Below are positions 9,176 to 17,372 of a stretch of 64,000 nucleotides of DNA, in pieces. The notes under the pieces are model-generated. The model was not told where the DNA came from and ran no database searches. It saw nothing but the letters and a program-made list of their open reading frames with translations. Made by a program: the position numbers and the translations under genes. Source of the stretch: an uncultured virus (IMG/VR IMGVR_UViG_3300037189_025930) (lineage: Duplodnaviria > Heunggongvirae > Uroviricota > Caudoviricetes); IMG/VR virus record IMGVR_UViG_3300037189_025930; one strand, 5' to 3'. Positions within the stretch are counted from its first letter, which is position 1, and the number at the start of each line of letters is the position of its first letter.

Positions 9176-9378
9176 AACATTAATTCTGGATAATTTTTTT
9201 TTAACCATTCTTTAGTTCTTATAAAGGAACTTCTAAAACGTCTTCTAAAGTTTTTGATATCACTTTTAAAATCTGATATATTCCAAGCTGTTGAATCAAA
9301 ACTATTAAGAGTGTTTATTTCACGAATACGATCAAAATTATCATTTAGTTGGTGTATATAATTTATATTCATATCCAC
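9172..9378 (-). CDS. Family C small protein (first of sub-array)
   Basis: AAGGAG RBS; ends NYPELML; start may be 9372. Confidence 0.8.
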   Translation of the reverse strand: MDMNINYIHQLNDNFDRIREINTLNSFDSTAWNISDFKSDIKNFRRRFRSSFIRTKEWLKKNYPELML

Positions 9379-9426
9379 TCCTTAATATATTTATTCTTAT
9401 ATATATTCTATAATAAAGAATAATAG

Positions 9427-9443
9427 ATGTATAAACCTAAAAA
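9427..9443 (-). promoter_or_regulatory. Extended early-type promoter heading the family C array
   Basis: TTTTTAGGTTTATACAT on minus strand. Confidence 0.65.
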
Positions 9444-9447
9444 TTAA

Positions 9448-9660
9448 TCACAAAATAAGTTCAGGATATTTTTGAATCACCCATTTTTTAGTTCTTTCTT
9501 TTGAATCACTAAAGATTTTTAAGATGTTTCTAAAATCATTTGGATTTTCATCAAAAATTTGTTTAATTTCCCACGATGTATCCCTAATCTTAAGAGAGTC
9601 TTTTTCAACAATAAAAATTTTTTTATTTTCTATTTCAATAACATAATTATAACTACTCAT
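9448..9660 (-). CDS. Family C small protein
   Basis: ends KYPELIL. Confidence 0.8.
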   Translation of the reverse strand: MSSYNYVIEIENKKIFIVEKDSLKIRDTSWEIKQIFDENPNDFRNILKIFSDSKERTKKWVIQKYPELIL

Positions 9661-9971
9661 ATTAACCACTCCATTATTTGATTAAGATCATAATTAATTT
9701 CTTTTAAAAAAAGGATGTAATCTTTTCTATATGATGAATTAAAAATAATTAAATGACACTCTATAAATGGACCTTTAATTACATGTTGAGCATATAAAAA
9801 AGAATAAAATATTTCTTGACTAATTATTTTTTCACCTAATATAAAACGATCTTTAATAATTTCTTTAGCGTAAAGATAACTTGTTTGTGCATGAGTTGCG
9901 ATTATTTTTTCTAATTCTAAGGTTCTATTATTTTGATTTTTACATTTTTCAAAAGCTTCGTGAGGTGTCAT
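9657..9971 (-). CDS. Family B helical-repeat protein
   Basis: MTPHEAF; ends NYDLNQIMEWLI. Confidence 0.85.
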   Translation of the reverse strand: MTPHEAFEKCKNQNNRTLELEKIIATHAQTSYLYAKEIIKDRFILGEKIISQEIFYSFLYAQHVIKGPFIECHLIIFNSSYRKDYILFLKEINYDLNQIMEWLI

Positions 9972-10171
9972 ATTAAATGTTCTGGATATTTATTCATAAA
10001 CCATTCCTTAGTTCTATAATAGGAATCAACATAAGATTCTGGGTGATAACCAATATTAACTACGTCGCTTGATTTTTTACAAAGTAAACGTACTATCCAA
10101 GTTATACTTTTTTTATCATCTATAGATTCTATTACAAGTTGATCATCTATTATTACATAACTATAATTCAT
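9968..10171 (-). CDS. Family C small protein
   Basis: ends KYPEHLI. Confidence 0.8.
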   Translation of the reverse strand: MNYSYVIIDDQLVIESIDDKKSITWIVRLLCKKSSDVVNIGYHPESYVDSYYRTKEWFMNKYPEHLI

Positions 10172-10482
10172 ATTAACCACTCTCCTATTTCACCTAGATC
10201 ATAATTGATAAATTTTAAAAAATCTATATAGTTTTCTTTCCATTTTGAATTGAAAATAATTGGATGACACAAATGAAACGGGCCTTTAAGAATATAACGA
10301 GCATAAAGATAAGAATATTCTGGATGTGTAGCAATACTTTTTTCACCTTCTTCCCATCTTCCTTTAACTATATGGCGAGTATACATGTAAGAATAATATA
10401 GATCAGTAGCAATTATACTCTCTAATTCTAATATTCTACGATTTTTATTATAACACTTATAAAAAGCATTTGAAGAATTCAT
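10168..10482 (-). CDS. Family B helical-repeat protein
   Basis: KGRWEEGEKSIA repeat; ends IGEWLI. Confidence 0.85.
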   Translation of the reverse strand: MNSSNAFYKCYNKNRRILELESIIATDLYYSYMYTRHIVKGRWEEGEKSIATHPEYSYLYARYILKGPFHLCHPIIFNSKWKENYIDFLKFINYDLGEIGEWLI

Positions 10483-10793
10483 ATTAACCATTCACTTATT
10501 TCATTTAAATCATAATTGATAGATTTTAAAAAATCTATATAATCTTTTTTATAAAAAGAATTAAAAATAATACGATGACCTAAATGAAATGGTCCATTTA
10601 AAACATATTTAGCATACATAAGAGAATTAAATGAATCACCAGAAATCATCTTTTCTCCTTCTAAGAAACGTCCACGTAATACTTGCCTAGCATAATCAAA
10701 ACAAAGTTGAGGACTTTCAATTATTAGTTTTTCTAATTTAGAACTTCTTTTTTTTAAACTTTTTGATATTTGTAGAGCTTCGTATGGAGTCAT
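10479..10793 (-). CDS. Family B helical-repeat protein
   Basis: ends FLKSINYDLNEISEWLI. Confidence 0.85.
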   Translation of the reverse strand: MTPYEALQISKSLKKRSSKLEKLIIESPQLCFDYARQVLRGRFLEGEKMISGDSFNSLMYAKYVLNGPFHLGHRIIFNSFYKKDYIDFLKSINYDLNEISEWLI

Positions 10794-11104
10794 ATTAACC
10801 ACTCGCTTATTTCATTTAGATCATAATTAATAGATTTTAAAAAATCAATATATACATATTTACATTCTGAATTAAAAATAATTGGATGGCCTAAATAAAA
10901 AGGACCTTTAATAACATGTTTAGCGTAACCATAACTCCAATTATCAGCTGTAGCAATTATTTTTTCTCCTTCTTTAAATCTTCCTTTAATAATATTAAAA
11001 GAATACTTATATGAGTAATATGAACTAGAAACAATAATATCTTCTAATTCACGTATTCTTTTATTTTCTTTATAACATATTTCATAAGCTCTATCTGGTG
11101 TCAC
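10790..11104 (-). CDS. Family B helical-repeat protein
   Basis: GTG start; ends FLKSINYDLNEISEWLI. Confidence 0.85.
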   Translation of the reverse strand: MTPDRAYEICYKENKRIRELEDIIVSSSYYSYKYSFNIIKGRFKEGEKIIATADNWSYGYAKHVIKGPFYLGHPIIFNSECKYVYIDFLKSINYDLNEISEWLI

Positions 11105-11155
11105 ATTAACTACTCACTTATTTCATTTAAATCATAATTAATAGATTTTAAAAAA
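11101..11155 (-). pseudogene. Orphan 3' end of a family B gene
   Basis: Reads FLKSINYDLNEISE*LM*; near-identical in nucleotides to the 3' ends at 10479 and 10790. Confidence 0.75.
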
Positions 11156-11164
11156 CTCATCTAA

Positions 11165-11308
11165 TCATTTTTGTTTTTTATCTTGTTTTATTTTTTTAAA
11201 TTTTTCAATTGCTTTTTTAAATGGTTTTTCATGATAAATCTTTTGAGTAAAATTTTCATACTCATTAATAGTGATTTTTAGTTTACCTATTGTTTTATTA
11301 CTAGACAC
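11165..11308 (-). CDS. Small basic hypothetical protein (47 aa, below ORF-track cutoff)
   Basis: GTG start with AAGGAG RBS, promoter motif at 11354. Confidence 0.45.
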   Translation of the reverse strand: MSSNKTIGKLKITINEYENFTQKIYHEKPFKKAIEKFKKIKQDKKQK

Positions 11309-11424
11309 AATATTTTTTCTCCTTGTAGTTATATTATAATTATAAAAAAATTAATGTTTAAACCTTATATTAAGATTATGAAAACTTTTAATAGATTTTC
11401 ATATATCTTTTTTATCGTATTCTT

Positions 11425-11793
11425 TTAACTTATGCTTGTTTTTTTACGACTTTGTTTAATCTTATCCTTATTTTTTTCACGATATTGTTTTTTATATTGT
11501 TTTACTTTATCTTTATTTTCTTCATAGTATTGTTTTTGACGTTCTTTTATTTTATCCTTATTTTCTTCACGATATTGTTTTTGATATTTTTTTAAGTTAT
11601 CCTTATTTTCTTCATAGAAAATTTTAATCTTATCCTTGTTTTCTTCATAGTATTTTTTAATCTTATCCTTATTTTCTTCATAGTATTGTTTACTTTGTTC
11701 TTTATTTTTTTTATAATATTGTTTTTGATATTTTTTTAAGTTATCCTTATTTTCTTCATAGTATTGTTTTTTATATTCTTTTGTATCGAACAT
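11425..11793 (-). CDS. Low-complexity protein with 11-aa YYEENKDK repeats
   Basis: KKQYYEENKDK-like unit about 9 times; AGGAG RBS; own promoter at 11849. Confidence 0.7.
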   Translation of the reverse strand: MFDTKEYKKQYYEENKDNLKKYQKQYYKKNKEQSKQYYEENKDKIKKYYEENKDKIKIFYEENKDNLKKYQKQYREENKDKIKERQKQYYEENKDKVKQYKKQYREKNKDKIKQSRKKTSIS

Positions 11794-11872
11794 AGTATCT
11801 GCTCCTAATTAAATTTCTATAATAGTATTGTAATATAGAATTAATTAGATGTATTAACCCAAAAATTAAACC

Positions 11873-13390
11873 TTATATTAAAGTTACAGGAACCTTTAAT
11901 AAATTTTCGTATATCTTCTTTCTTTTTTTACTTTGCTTTAAAGATAAAGGATTATCATATTGCATGAAATCAATTATTTCAGCGTCTTCTTTAAGAGTGT
12001 TTAAATCTTTTCTAGTTGCTCTACCTATCTTTTGCATGACTCTAACATTACTTACAGAACTACCAGCTAGGATAAGTGTTTTAATTGCTGGTATATCTAC
12101 TCCGACATCAAAAATAGAACTCGCAATAATTACTGTGTTTAGATCATCTTTTATTTTTTGTTTAGCTTGTTCACGAGCGTAACGATCATCATCACCACTA
12201 ATTAAAATGCCATGTGGAATAAGTTTTAATAATTCTCTTCCATGTGCTAACTTAGTGAATAGGATAAGAACTCTTTCTTTTTGCGATGCTATTTTAGCAA
12301 TGAGTTCATTTCTAGTGGAATTATAAATATATAAATTGCTTTCATCACCATAACAAATAAATTTTCTAGCACTTATGTTATTACCTTCTTTAACGATTTC
12401 ATAATTTAATTTTTCATAAATCTCTATATCTTCTGGTTTTTTAATTTTTATTGTTTCATAAACATCATTCCAAGATCCAATTATTGGTATAGAATTTATA
12501 ACACCTATTTTATACATAGTTACTGATACTGTTGCTAGTGTTCCCATATCACGTAATTTATCGTATGGTACCTTATGTATGATTGGACCTATGTTACCAT
12601 GTAATTTCATTTTTTCGTAAGGATTTTCAATTACTGATACAGTTGCTGACAAACCTATTTTAATAGAAGCGCTTTGACAAGAATAAATAATCTTCTCTGC
12701 TGTTGACGTTCTACCAGTTTCGTGACACTCATCAGTAATAATAACTTTTATATCTGGAAAAAGATGAAAGATATTTTGATAACTTTGTGTTGTTAGAAGT
12801 GTTATTCTACACGAATCATCATAAGATCCGCCACCAATTATACCAACTTCATCTTCTTTGAATCCATACTCTTTAACAAATTTTTCTCGTGTTTGAAAAA
12901 GAAGTTCTGTACGATTAAAAAGAACTAAAATTTTAGATGTATTATAAAGACTACACGCCATAGACATAATAAAAGTATTGTGGTGAACATATCCTTTGGC
13001 ATCAGAATATAAGTGATCCTCACTATCTATTTGAAGATCAAATACATCTTCTTCATCTTCTAGTTTTATGCTTTCTATGCCAACTAGACTTGCATTGTTT
13101 TTAATGAGTTTATCTTTTAGGTTTAAATCTTTACATTTTTTTTCTTCCCAATTTTGGGTACAAATAATATGATTTGTACCTACCTTAAGAAGATCTTTAT
13201 TTTGTAATACAATTTTTAAGATTTGATCTCGTTTTTTTATTAGTGCTGGAACTTTTTGAAAATCACCATTTTTATCTTTTAATTTAATTTCTGTTTTTGG
13301 ATAATATTCTTCATCTGTATAAAAGTTATGTTTTTCATATTTTTCAATAGCTTCAAATAGTTTACCTATTTTAATTTTTACCTTTTTCAT
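11873..13390 (-). CDS. uvsW: UvsW-like SF2 helicase C-terminal part, preceded by C-intein (aa 1-138)
   Basis: VFDLQI..HHN|T intein end; helicase motifs ITDECH, IGLSAT, FDVGVDIP, QKIGRATR. Confidence 0.9.
   Translation of the reverse strand: MKKVKIKIGKLFEAIEKYEKHNFYTDEEYYPKTEIKLKDKNGDFQKVPALIKKRDQILKIVLQNKDLLKVGTNHIICTQNWEEKKCKDLNLKDKLIKNNASLVGIESIKLEDEEDVFDLQIDSEDHLYSDAKGYVHHNTFIMSMACSLYNTSKILVLFNRTELLFQTREKFVKEYGFKEDEVGIIGGGSYDDSCRITLLTTQSYQNIFHLFPDIKVIITDECHETGRTSTAEKIIYSCQSASIKIGLSATVSVIENPYEKMKLHGNIGPIIHKVPYDKLRDMGTLATVSVTMYKIGVINSIPIIGSWNDVYETIKIKKPEDIEIYEKLNYEIVKEGNNISARKFICYGDESNLYIYNSTRNELIAKIASQKERVLILFTKLAHGRELLKLIPHGILISGDDDRYAREQAKQKIKDDLNTVIIASSIFDVGVDIPAIKTLILAGSSVSNVRVMQKIGRATRKDLNTLKEDAEIIDFMQYDNPLSLKQSKKRKKIYENLLKVPVTLI
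12977..13390 (-). mobile_element. Split intein C-fragment (138 aa)
   Basis: Block B-like GTNH, block F VFDL, block G HHN followed by Thr+1. Confidence 0.9.
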
Positions 13391-13431
13391 ATATAATTAT
13401 ATTTCAACTATAACTATATGTTTAAACAATA

Positions 13432-14964
13432 TTAAGGATTATTTTCCTTTTCTATTTTTATTTTTTTCTCTATCATATCATAATAAATTTTATTATTAGT
13501 AAATTTATTGCTTCTAACTAATTTAAAAATTTTATCTAATATAACATCTATTGTATTTTGAAAATTATAAACTTCTTTTTTACCAACTAATTGTTTTCCT
13601 ATTTGACCTATTTCATATTGATTAGTATATTTTTGAAATTGAATATATTTTTTAAATAATCTTTCTCTTTTTTCTTTATCTGGTATTTTCAACATAGCTG
13701 CTTCAATGTCGTTTTTACTTTTACCTCTCATCCTCTTTAAAAAATTAGGAAGTTCTACTATCTCTTCTTTTCTTTTAGTATTACCAGATGTAGAACTTGT
13801 TTTCATTAAGCTTTGACCAGAATCTAATGCTTTATAAAATATTTGATTAATATCATTAAGTTCAGGATGATCACTAATTTTTTTATCATCTAGATATTTA
13901 TCTTTTTTAAATAATATTTGTATTGCTGGGTAATCGTTAAAGTATGTTCTAAAATCTTTCCACGTTGGAATTTTACTTTGACGTTTTTGAATTGAAGAAA
14001 TAACGTTTTGAATAAATGGATAACTATATCTTTTAAAATTAACTATTTTACCTTGAGAATCTTTATGTTTTTGTAAAAAAGAATATGAGTTTTGAAAATA
14101 TTGTTTATGTTTTTCAACAACTGAAAAAATATCAATTAAGAGTTTTCCGTAAACAACTTTTTCATTAAATAACTGTCTTTGTATTAAATATTTTATTTTT
14201 TCATCTTTAAAGAAATTAAGAACTGTTTCTAATTGATTTTTTGATTGAATCTCAGAAAGATCTTTATAAAAAACGTCTATAAAAGGTTTTTGAACTTCAT
14301 AACTATAATAAAAAATCATATGATCAGACTGTAAAGCATATAGTTCATTTAATAAACTTTCTGGTGAATAACCGCTAGGATCATTAAATCCATATCCATT
14401 ATCACTTATTGAAAAATAAAACATATCTTCTTGATTAGCAAAAAGATGTAAAACTAAATCATGAATTATTTCTGCATTGATATTATTAAGCGTAGTTACA
14501 TCGCTTAAATAAAGTTCGCCTCTTTCACTTTTAAAAAAGGCCCAAAAATTAGAATTTTGTAATTCTTTTTCAAAATGCTTTTTATAATCTTTATTTAAAT
14601 TTTTATCATCCTTAAACCATTCTACTATATGATTAATATATTTTATTTTAAAATTGTGAAGCGCTGCTTTATCATTTTTATCGTCTTCTATAAATTTTTC
14701 AACCATTTCTAACGATTCATTTTTTTCCTTCGTTTGATTAAATTCAATTTTAATTTTTTGTTTTTTATTGTTAGGAAAAATTTTATTAAATCTATCTATC
14801 TCTTCGTTAATAAAAAATTTTATCTGTTTCATTAAATAAGCATTATCAATAAAATTTAAAAATGAATCATCTTTTCCTATATTAAGACCAATTTGAGTGG
14901 AATTAAAATTAATCGTTGAACCTATACCTTCAACAAGAAGATTTAATTTTTCAATAAATTTCAT
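13432..14964 (-). CDS. Hypothetical protein between the split-helicase halves
   Basis: 510-aa ORF; no nuclease motif recognised; MKFIEKLNLLVEG N-terminus. Confidence 0.8.
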   Translation of the reverse strand: MKFIEKLNLLVEGIGSTINFNSTQIGLNIGKDDSFLNFIDNAYLMKQIKFFINEEIDRFNKIFPNNKKQKIKIEFNQTKEKNESLEMVEKFIEDDKNDKAALHNFKIKYINHIVEWFKDDKNLNKDYKKHFEKELQNSNFWAFFKSERGELYLSDVTTLNNINAEIIHDLVLHLFANQEDMFYFSISDNGYGFNDPSGYSPESLLNELYALQSDHMIFYYSYEVQKPFIDVFYKDLSEIQSKNQLETVLNFFKDEKIKYLIQRQLFNEKVVYGKLLIDIFSVVEKHKQYFQNSYSFLQKHKDSQGKIVNFKRYSYPFIQNVISSIQKRQSKIPTWKDFRTYFNDYPAIQILFKKDKYLDDKKISDHPELNDINQIFYKALDSGQSLMKTSSTSGNTKRKEEIVELPNFLKRMRGKSKNDIEAAMLKIPDKEKRERLFKKYIQFQKYTNQYEIGQIGKQLVGKKEVYNFQNTIDVILDKIFKLVRSNKFTNNKIYYDMIEKKIKIEKENNP

Positions 14965-14997
14965 AATTTATTTTTATGATTTAAAAATAAAAATTCT

Positions 14998-15336
14998 TTA
15001 AATTATTAAATGCGGATTATCTTTTAAAATTTTTTCTATCCTTGACTTCTCGAAGTTATACCAAATATCTTCTGCATCCCTTTCTATTTTATCTTTATCA
15101 AAATCTTTTTGTGAATACCAACGATTATACTTATTAAATAAATCATAATGAAACATCCCTATTTTTAGAAGTTCTTCTAATTCTTTTTTATCTTCTTCAA
15201 TATAAATGTTATAAGTGAACGGATCATTCCATCTCCATCTTAAATAAAGAATTAACTCTATTCCTTCGACATAAACTCTTTTACTTAATTGTGTTGGACA
15301 CCAAGCAATCATTTCATCCCATTCTGAATCATTCAT
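14998..15336 (-). CDS. Hypothetical protein
   Basis: WCPTQ..LYLRWRW; start at ATGA overlap. Confidence 0.75.
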   Translation of the reverse strand: MNDSEWDEMIAWCPTQLSKRVYVEGIELILYLRWRWNDPFTYNIYIEEDKKELEELLKIGMFHYDLFNKYNRWYSQKDFDKDKIERDAEDIWYNFEKSRIEKILKDNPHLII

Positions 15337-15533
15337 ATTAATAACTCTGGGTGTTCTTTTTCTACCCAATCAAGAAGTTCAAAATAATATTCTAATTTTT
15401 TTTCTTTCCACATGCTTTGGTTATCAAGATTTTTTAAATATCCTAGCGATGCACTAAAGTTAAATTTTCCTACACAACTGACTTGGTAATTTTTAATCAT
15501 CTTATCATATTCTATTGTATATTGATTTTTCAT
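15333..15533 (-). CDS. Family C-like small protein
   Basis: ends WVEKEHPELLI. Confidence 0.75.
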   Translation of the reverse strand: MKNQYTIEYDKMIKNYQVSCVGKFNFSASLGYLKNLDNQSMWKEKKLEYYFELLDWVEKEHPELLI

Positions 15534-16039
15534 ATAAAATTATGTTTTATTAGAAATGAATAAAAGTCATCATCAACTTCTATTTCAATCTCTGTTGATT
15601 TACCAAGACATTTACCCATTCCAGTTCCTCCCTCCATTATTCCTCCACGATATTTAACTAAATCAGCTAGAGCATCTATTTGGTAATCCCTTGCTTCGTG
15701 AATTCCCATTTTAATTTGTTTATCGTTGATCCCATCTAATATGTTTTGGTTTTGTTTTGGAAATTTTCTAAAGTCTTTAATTTCAATTTGAAAATTATTT
15801 TGTTTAGAATAAATTCTAAGATGTGGAACTAAACCAGTTGGAAGAATAGAGTTTTCAACGTCGTAAAAACAATGATCAGCACTCATTAGTCCTCTTATTA
15901 CCATAGGGTTTCTTTCTAGCGATGGATTTCTAACTGTAAATTTTTCTTTCAGCATTTTAATAAATTCTTTCTTTTCTGATTTATCGACTGATTCAAAATC
16001 TATTTTAGAATGTGTATTAGCAATTAATATTTTTATCAT
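15530..16039 (-). CDS. uvsW: UvsW-like helicase N-terminal part, followed by N-intein (last 26 aa)
   Basis: LPTGL, Q-motif RDYQ, Walker A GGTGMGK interrupted by intein start CLGKSTEI. Confidence 0.9.
   Translation of the reverse strand: MIKILIANTHSKIDFESVDKSEKKEFIKMLKEKFTVRNPSLERNPMVIRGLMSADHCFYDVENSILPTGLVPHLRIYSKQNNFQIEIKDFRKFPKQNQNILDGINDKQIKMGIHEARDYQIDALADLVKYRGGIMEGGTGMGKCLGKSTEIEIEVDDDFYSFLIKHNFI
15533..15610 (-). mobile_element. Split intein N-fragment (26 aa)
   Basis: CLGKSTEIEIEVDDDFYSFLIKHNFI; block A C-L-x-x-x-T-x-I. Confidence 0.9.
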
Positions 16040-16375
16040 TTATATAATGTACTCCTCAAAACTAAACGATCTTAAAAACTTTTTTAAACTTTTATGATTA
16101 AGAATGTTAATCTGTTTTATCATATCAAATTTTTCTTTTGTAATAGGAATAATAATATCATGTCCAGTTCTCCATTCTTCAAAAGTAAAGTTATCTCCAA
16201 GTTTTTGAAACGTGAATCTTTCTTTATTTTTAAAACTTGTAGAACAATGAGAATATATTTGTTGATTAAAAGAATTATAAAAGTCTATCATGGAAATTTT
16301 ATCTGTTGGATCATTAGAAAATTTATCTAACGATATTCCCATATATAAGTAAGTTTCTTTTTTAGATTCAACCAT
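16040..16375 (-). CDS. Family A small protein
   Basis: YLYMGI..IIIPI; ends FEEYII. Confidence 0.75.
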   Translation of the reverse strand: MVESKKETYLYMGISLDKFSNDPTDKISMIDFYNSFNQQIYSHCSTSFKNKERFTFQKLGDNFTFEEWRTGHDIIIPITKEKFDMIKQINILNHKSLKKFLRSFSFEEYII

Positions 16376-16586
16376 ATCCGCCTCTATTTATCCACATTGG
16401 TTTGTTAATTGATCTTCTTTCTTCTAATTCTTTTTTATATTTAAAAACAGAAGAAAAAATAACTTCTTCGTTAAAAGAAGATATTATTTTACTTTTAATA
16501 AGATTATTTAATGTGTGTTTTTTAATTTGTAAAATATCACATGCCTCTTTTTTAGTTATTGTTTGTTTTTCTATTGTTGTTTCCAT
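16368..16586 (-). CDS. Excisionase/MerR-like helix-turn-helix protein
   Basis: TKKEACDILQIKKHTLNNLI; paralog of 16603..16794. Confidence 0.65.
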   Translation of the reverse strand: METTIEKQTITKKEACDILQIKKHTLNNLIKSKIISSFNEEVIFSSVFKYKKELEERRSINKPMWINRGGYG

Positions 16587-16602
16587 TTATTTTTTTATCC
16601 TT

Positions 16603-16794
16603 TTAAAATTCATTTCTTTTAATCCAATTTATTGGAGGTGCTTTTCTTCTTTCCTCTAATTCATTAAGGTAATCAAAAACTGATTGATCAATTATTTTAC
16701 CAGTAATATCAGTTTTAATTGCCTTTCTTTTAATTGCTTCATTAAGAGCTTCTAATCTAATGTTTAAAATTCTAGTTGCTTCTTTTTTTGTCAT
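16603..16794 (-). CDS. Excisionase/MerR-like helix-turn-helix protein
   Basis: TKKEATRILNI; shares SVFxY..ELEERR..WI with neighbour. Confidence 0.65.
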   Translation of the reverse strand: MTKKEATRILNIRLEALNEAIKRKAIKTDITGKIIDQSVFDYLNELEERRKAPPINWIKRNEF

Positions 16795-16839
16795 TTAATA
16801 TTCCTTTATATATAATATATATACAAAATATAAAAGTGT

Positions 16840-17370
16840 TTATTCTAAAAAACTTTCTTTATACGTTCCATAAACAGTTTCATCTATATCAAAGTGAACT
16901 AATTTATTTTTATCCCATCCTACATTACCACCCCATAAATCACCTCCATCACTTAATCCAAATTCTTTTAATTGACTTTTAATCTTTTTTAATTCAAAAC
17001 CAATAAGTCCAAAATTATTTAAATCTTTATTTTTTAAAGCAAAATCAACTAAATCAGATGTTATAGAATTAACAAAATAAAACTTTTTATAAATAACATA
17101 TAATTCATTAGGACTTAAAATATTACAATCATATACTGTACAAAGATTAAGATATTGATTCTTAATTAATTTTTTAGAAATCTTATATTCTAATCTTCTA
17201 GTTGTTAATTTTATAACTCCTCTTATTTCAGAATCAGAAACCATAAAAGCGTCTCCTTCATCTCCTGATCCAAGATAATATTGATAAGAATAAAAAACAT
17301 TATTTTTAATTAGAAAATTATTATATTTCTCTTTTATCTTTTTATTTTCTAATAAATATAAAGTTTTCAT
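16840..17370 (-). CDS. Small protein-kinase-like fold protein
   Basis: YLGSGDEGDAF, VIKLT, DLWGGNVG, LVHFD. Confidence 0.65.
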   Translation of the reverse strand: MKTLYLLENKKIKEKYNNFLIKNNVFYSYQYYLGSGDEGDAFMVSDSEIRGVIKLTTRRLEYKISKKLIKNQYLNLCTVYDCNILSPNELYVIYKKFYFVNSITSDLVDFALKNKDLNNFGLIGFELKKIKSQLKEFGLSDGGDLWGGNVGWDKNKLVHFDIDETVYGTYKESFLE

Positions 17371-17372
17371 TT

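Noticed and set aside
5441..9208. Recurrent N-terminal leaders such as MGIKKSSRVII and MVN
   Set aside because: The ATG comes from the conserved xxA-TGG (Trp) codons of the upstream gene read in another frame; true starts are at the ATGA overlaps
6324..9378. CRISPR array or integron cassette array
   Set aside because: Repeats are imperfect coding ends, spacers are open reading frames of 180-270 bp, and no palindromic attC, cas or integrase is seen
5437..11104. Diversity-generating retroelement
   Set aside because: No reverse transcriptase in the window, and the differences are not confined to adenines
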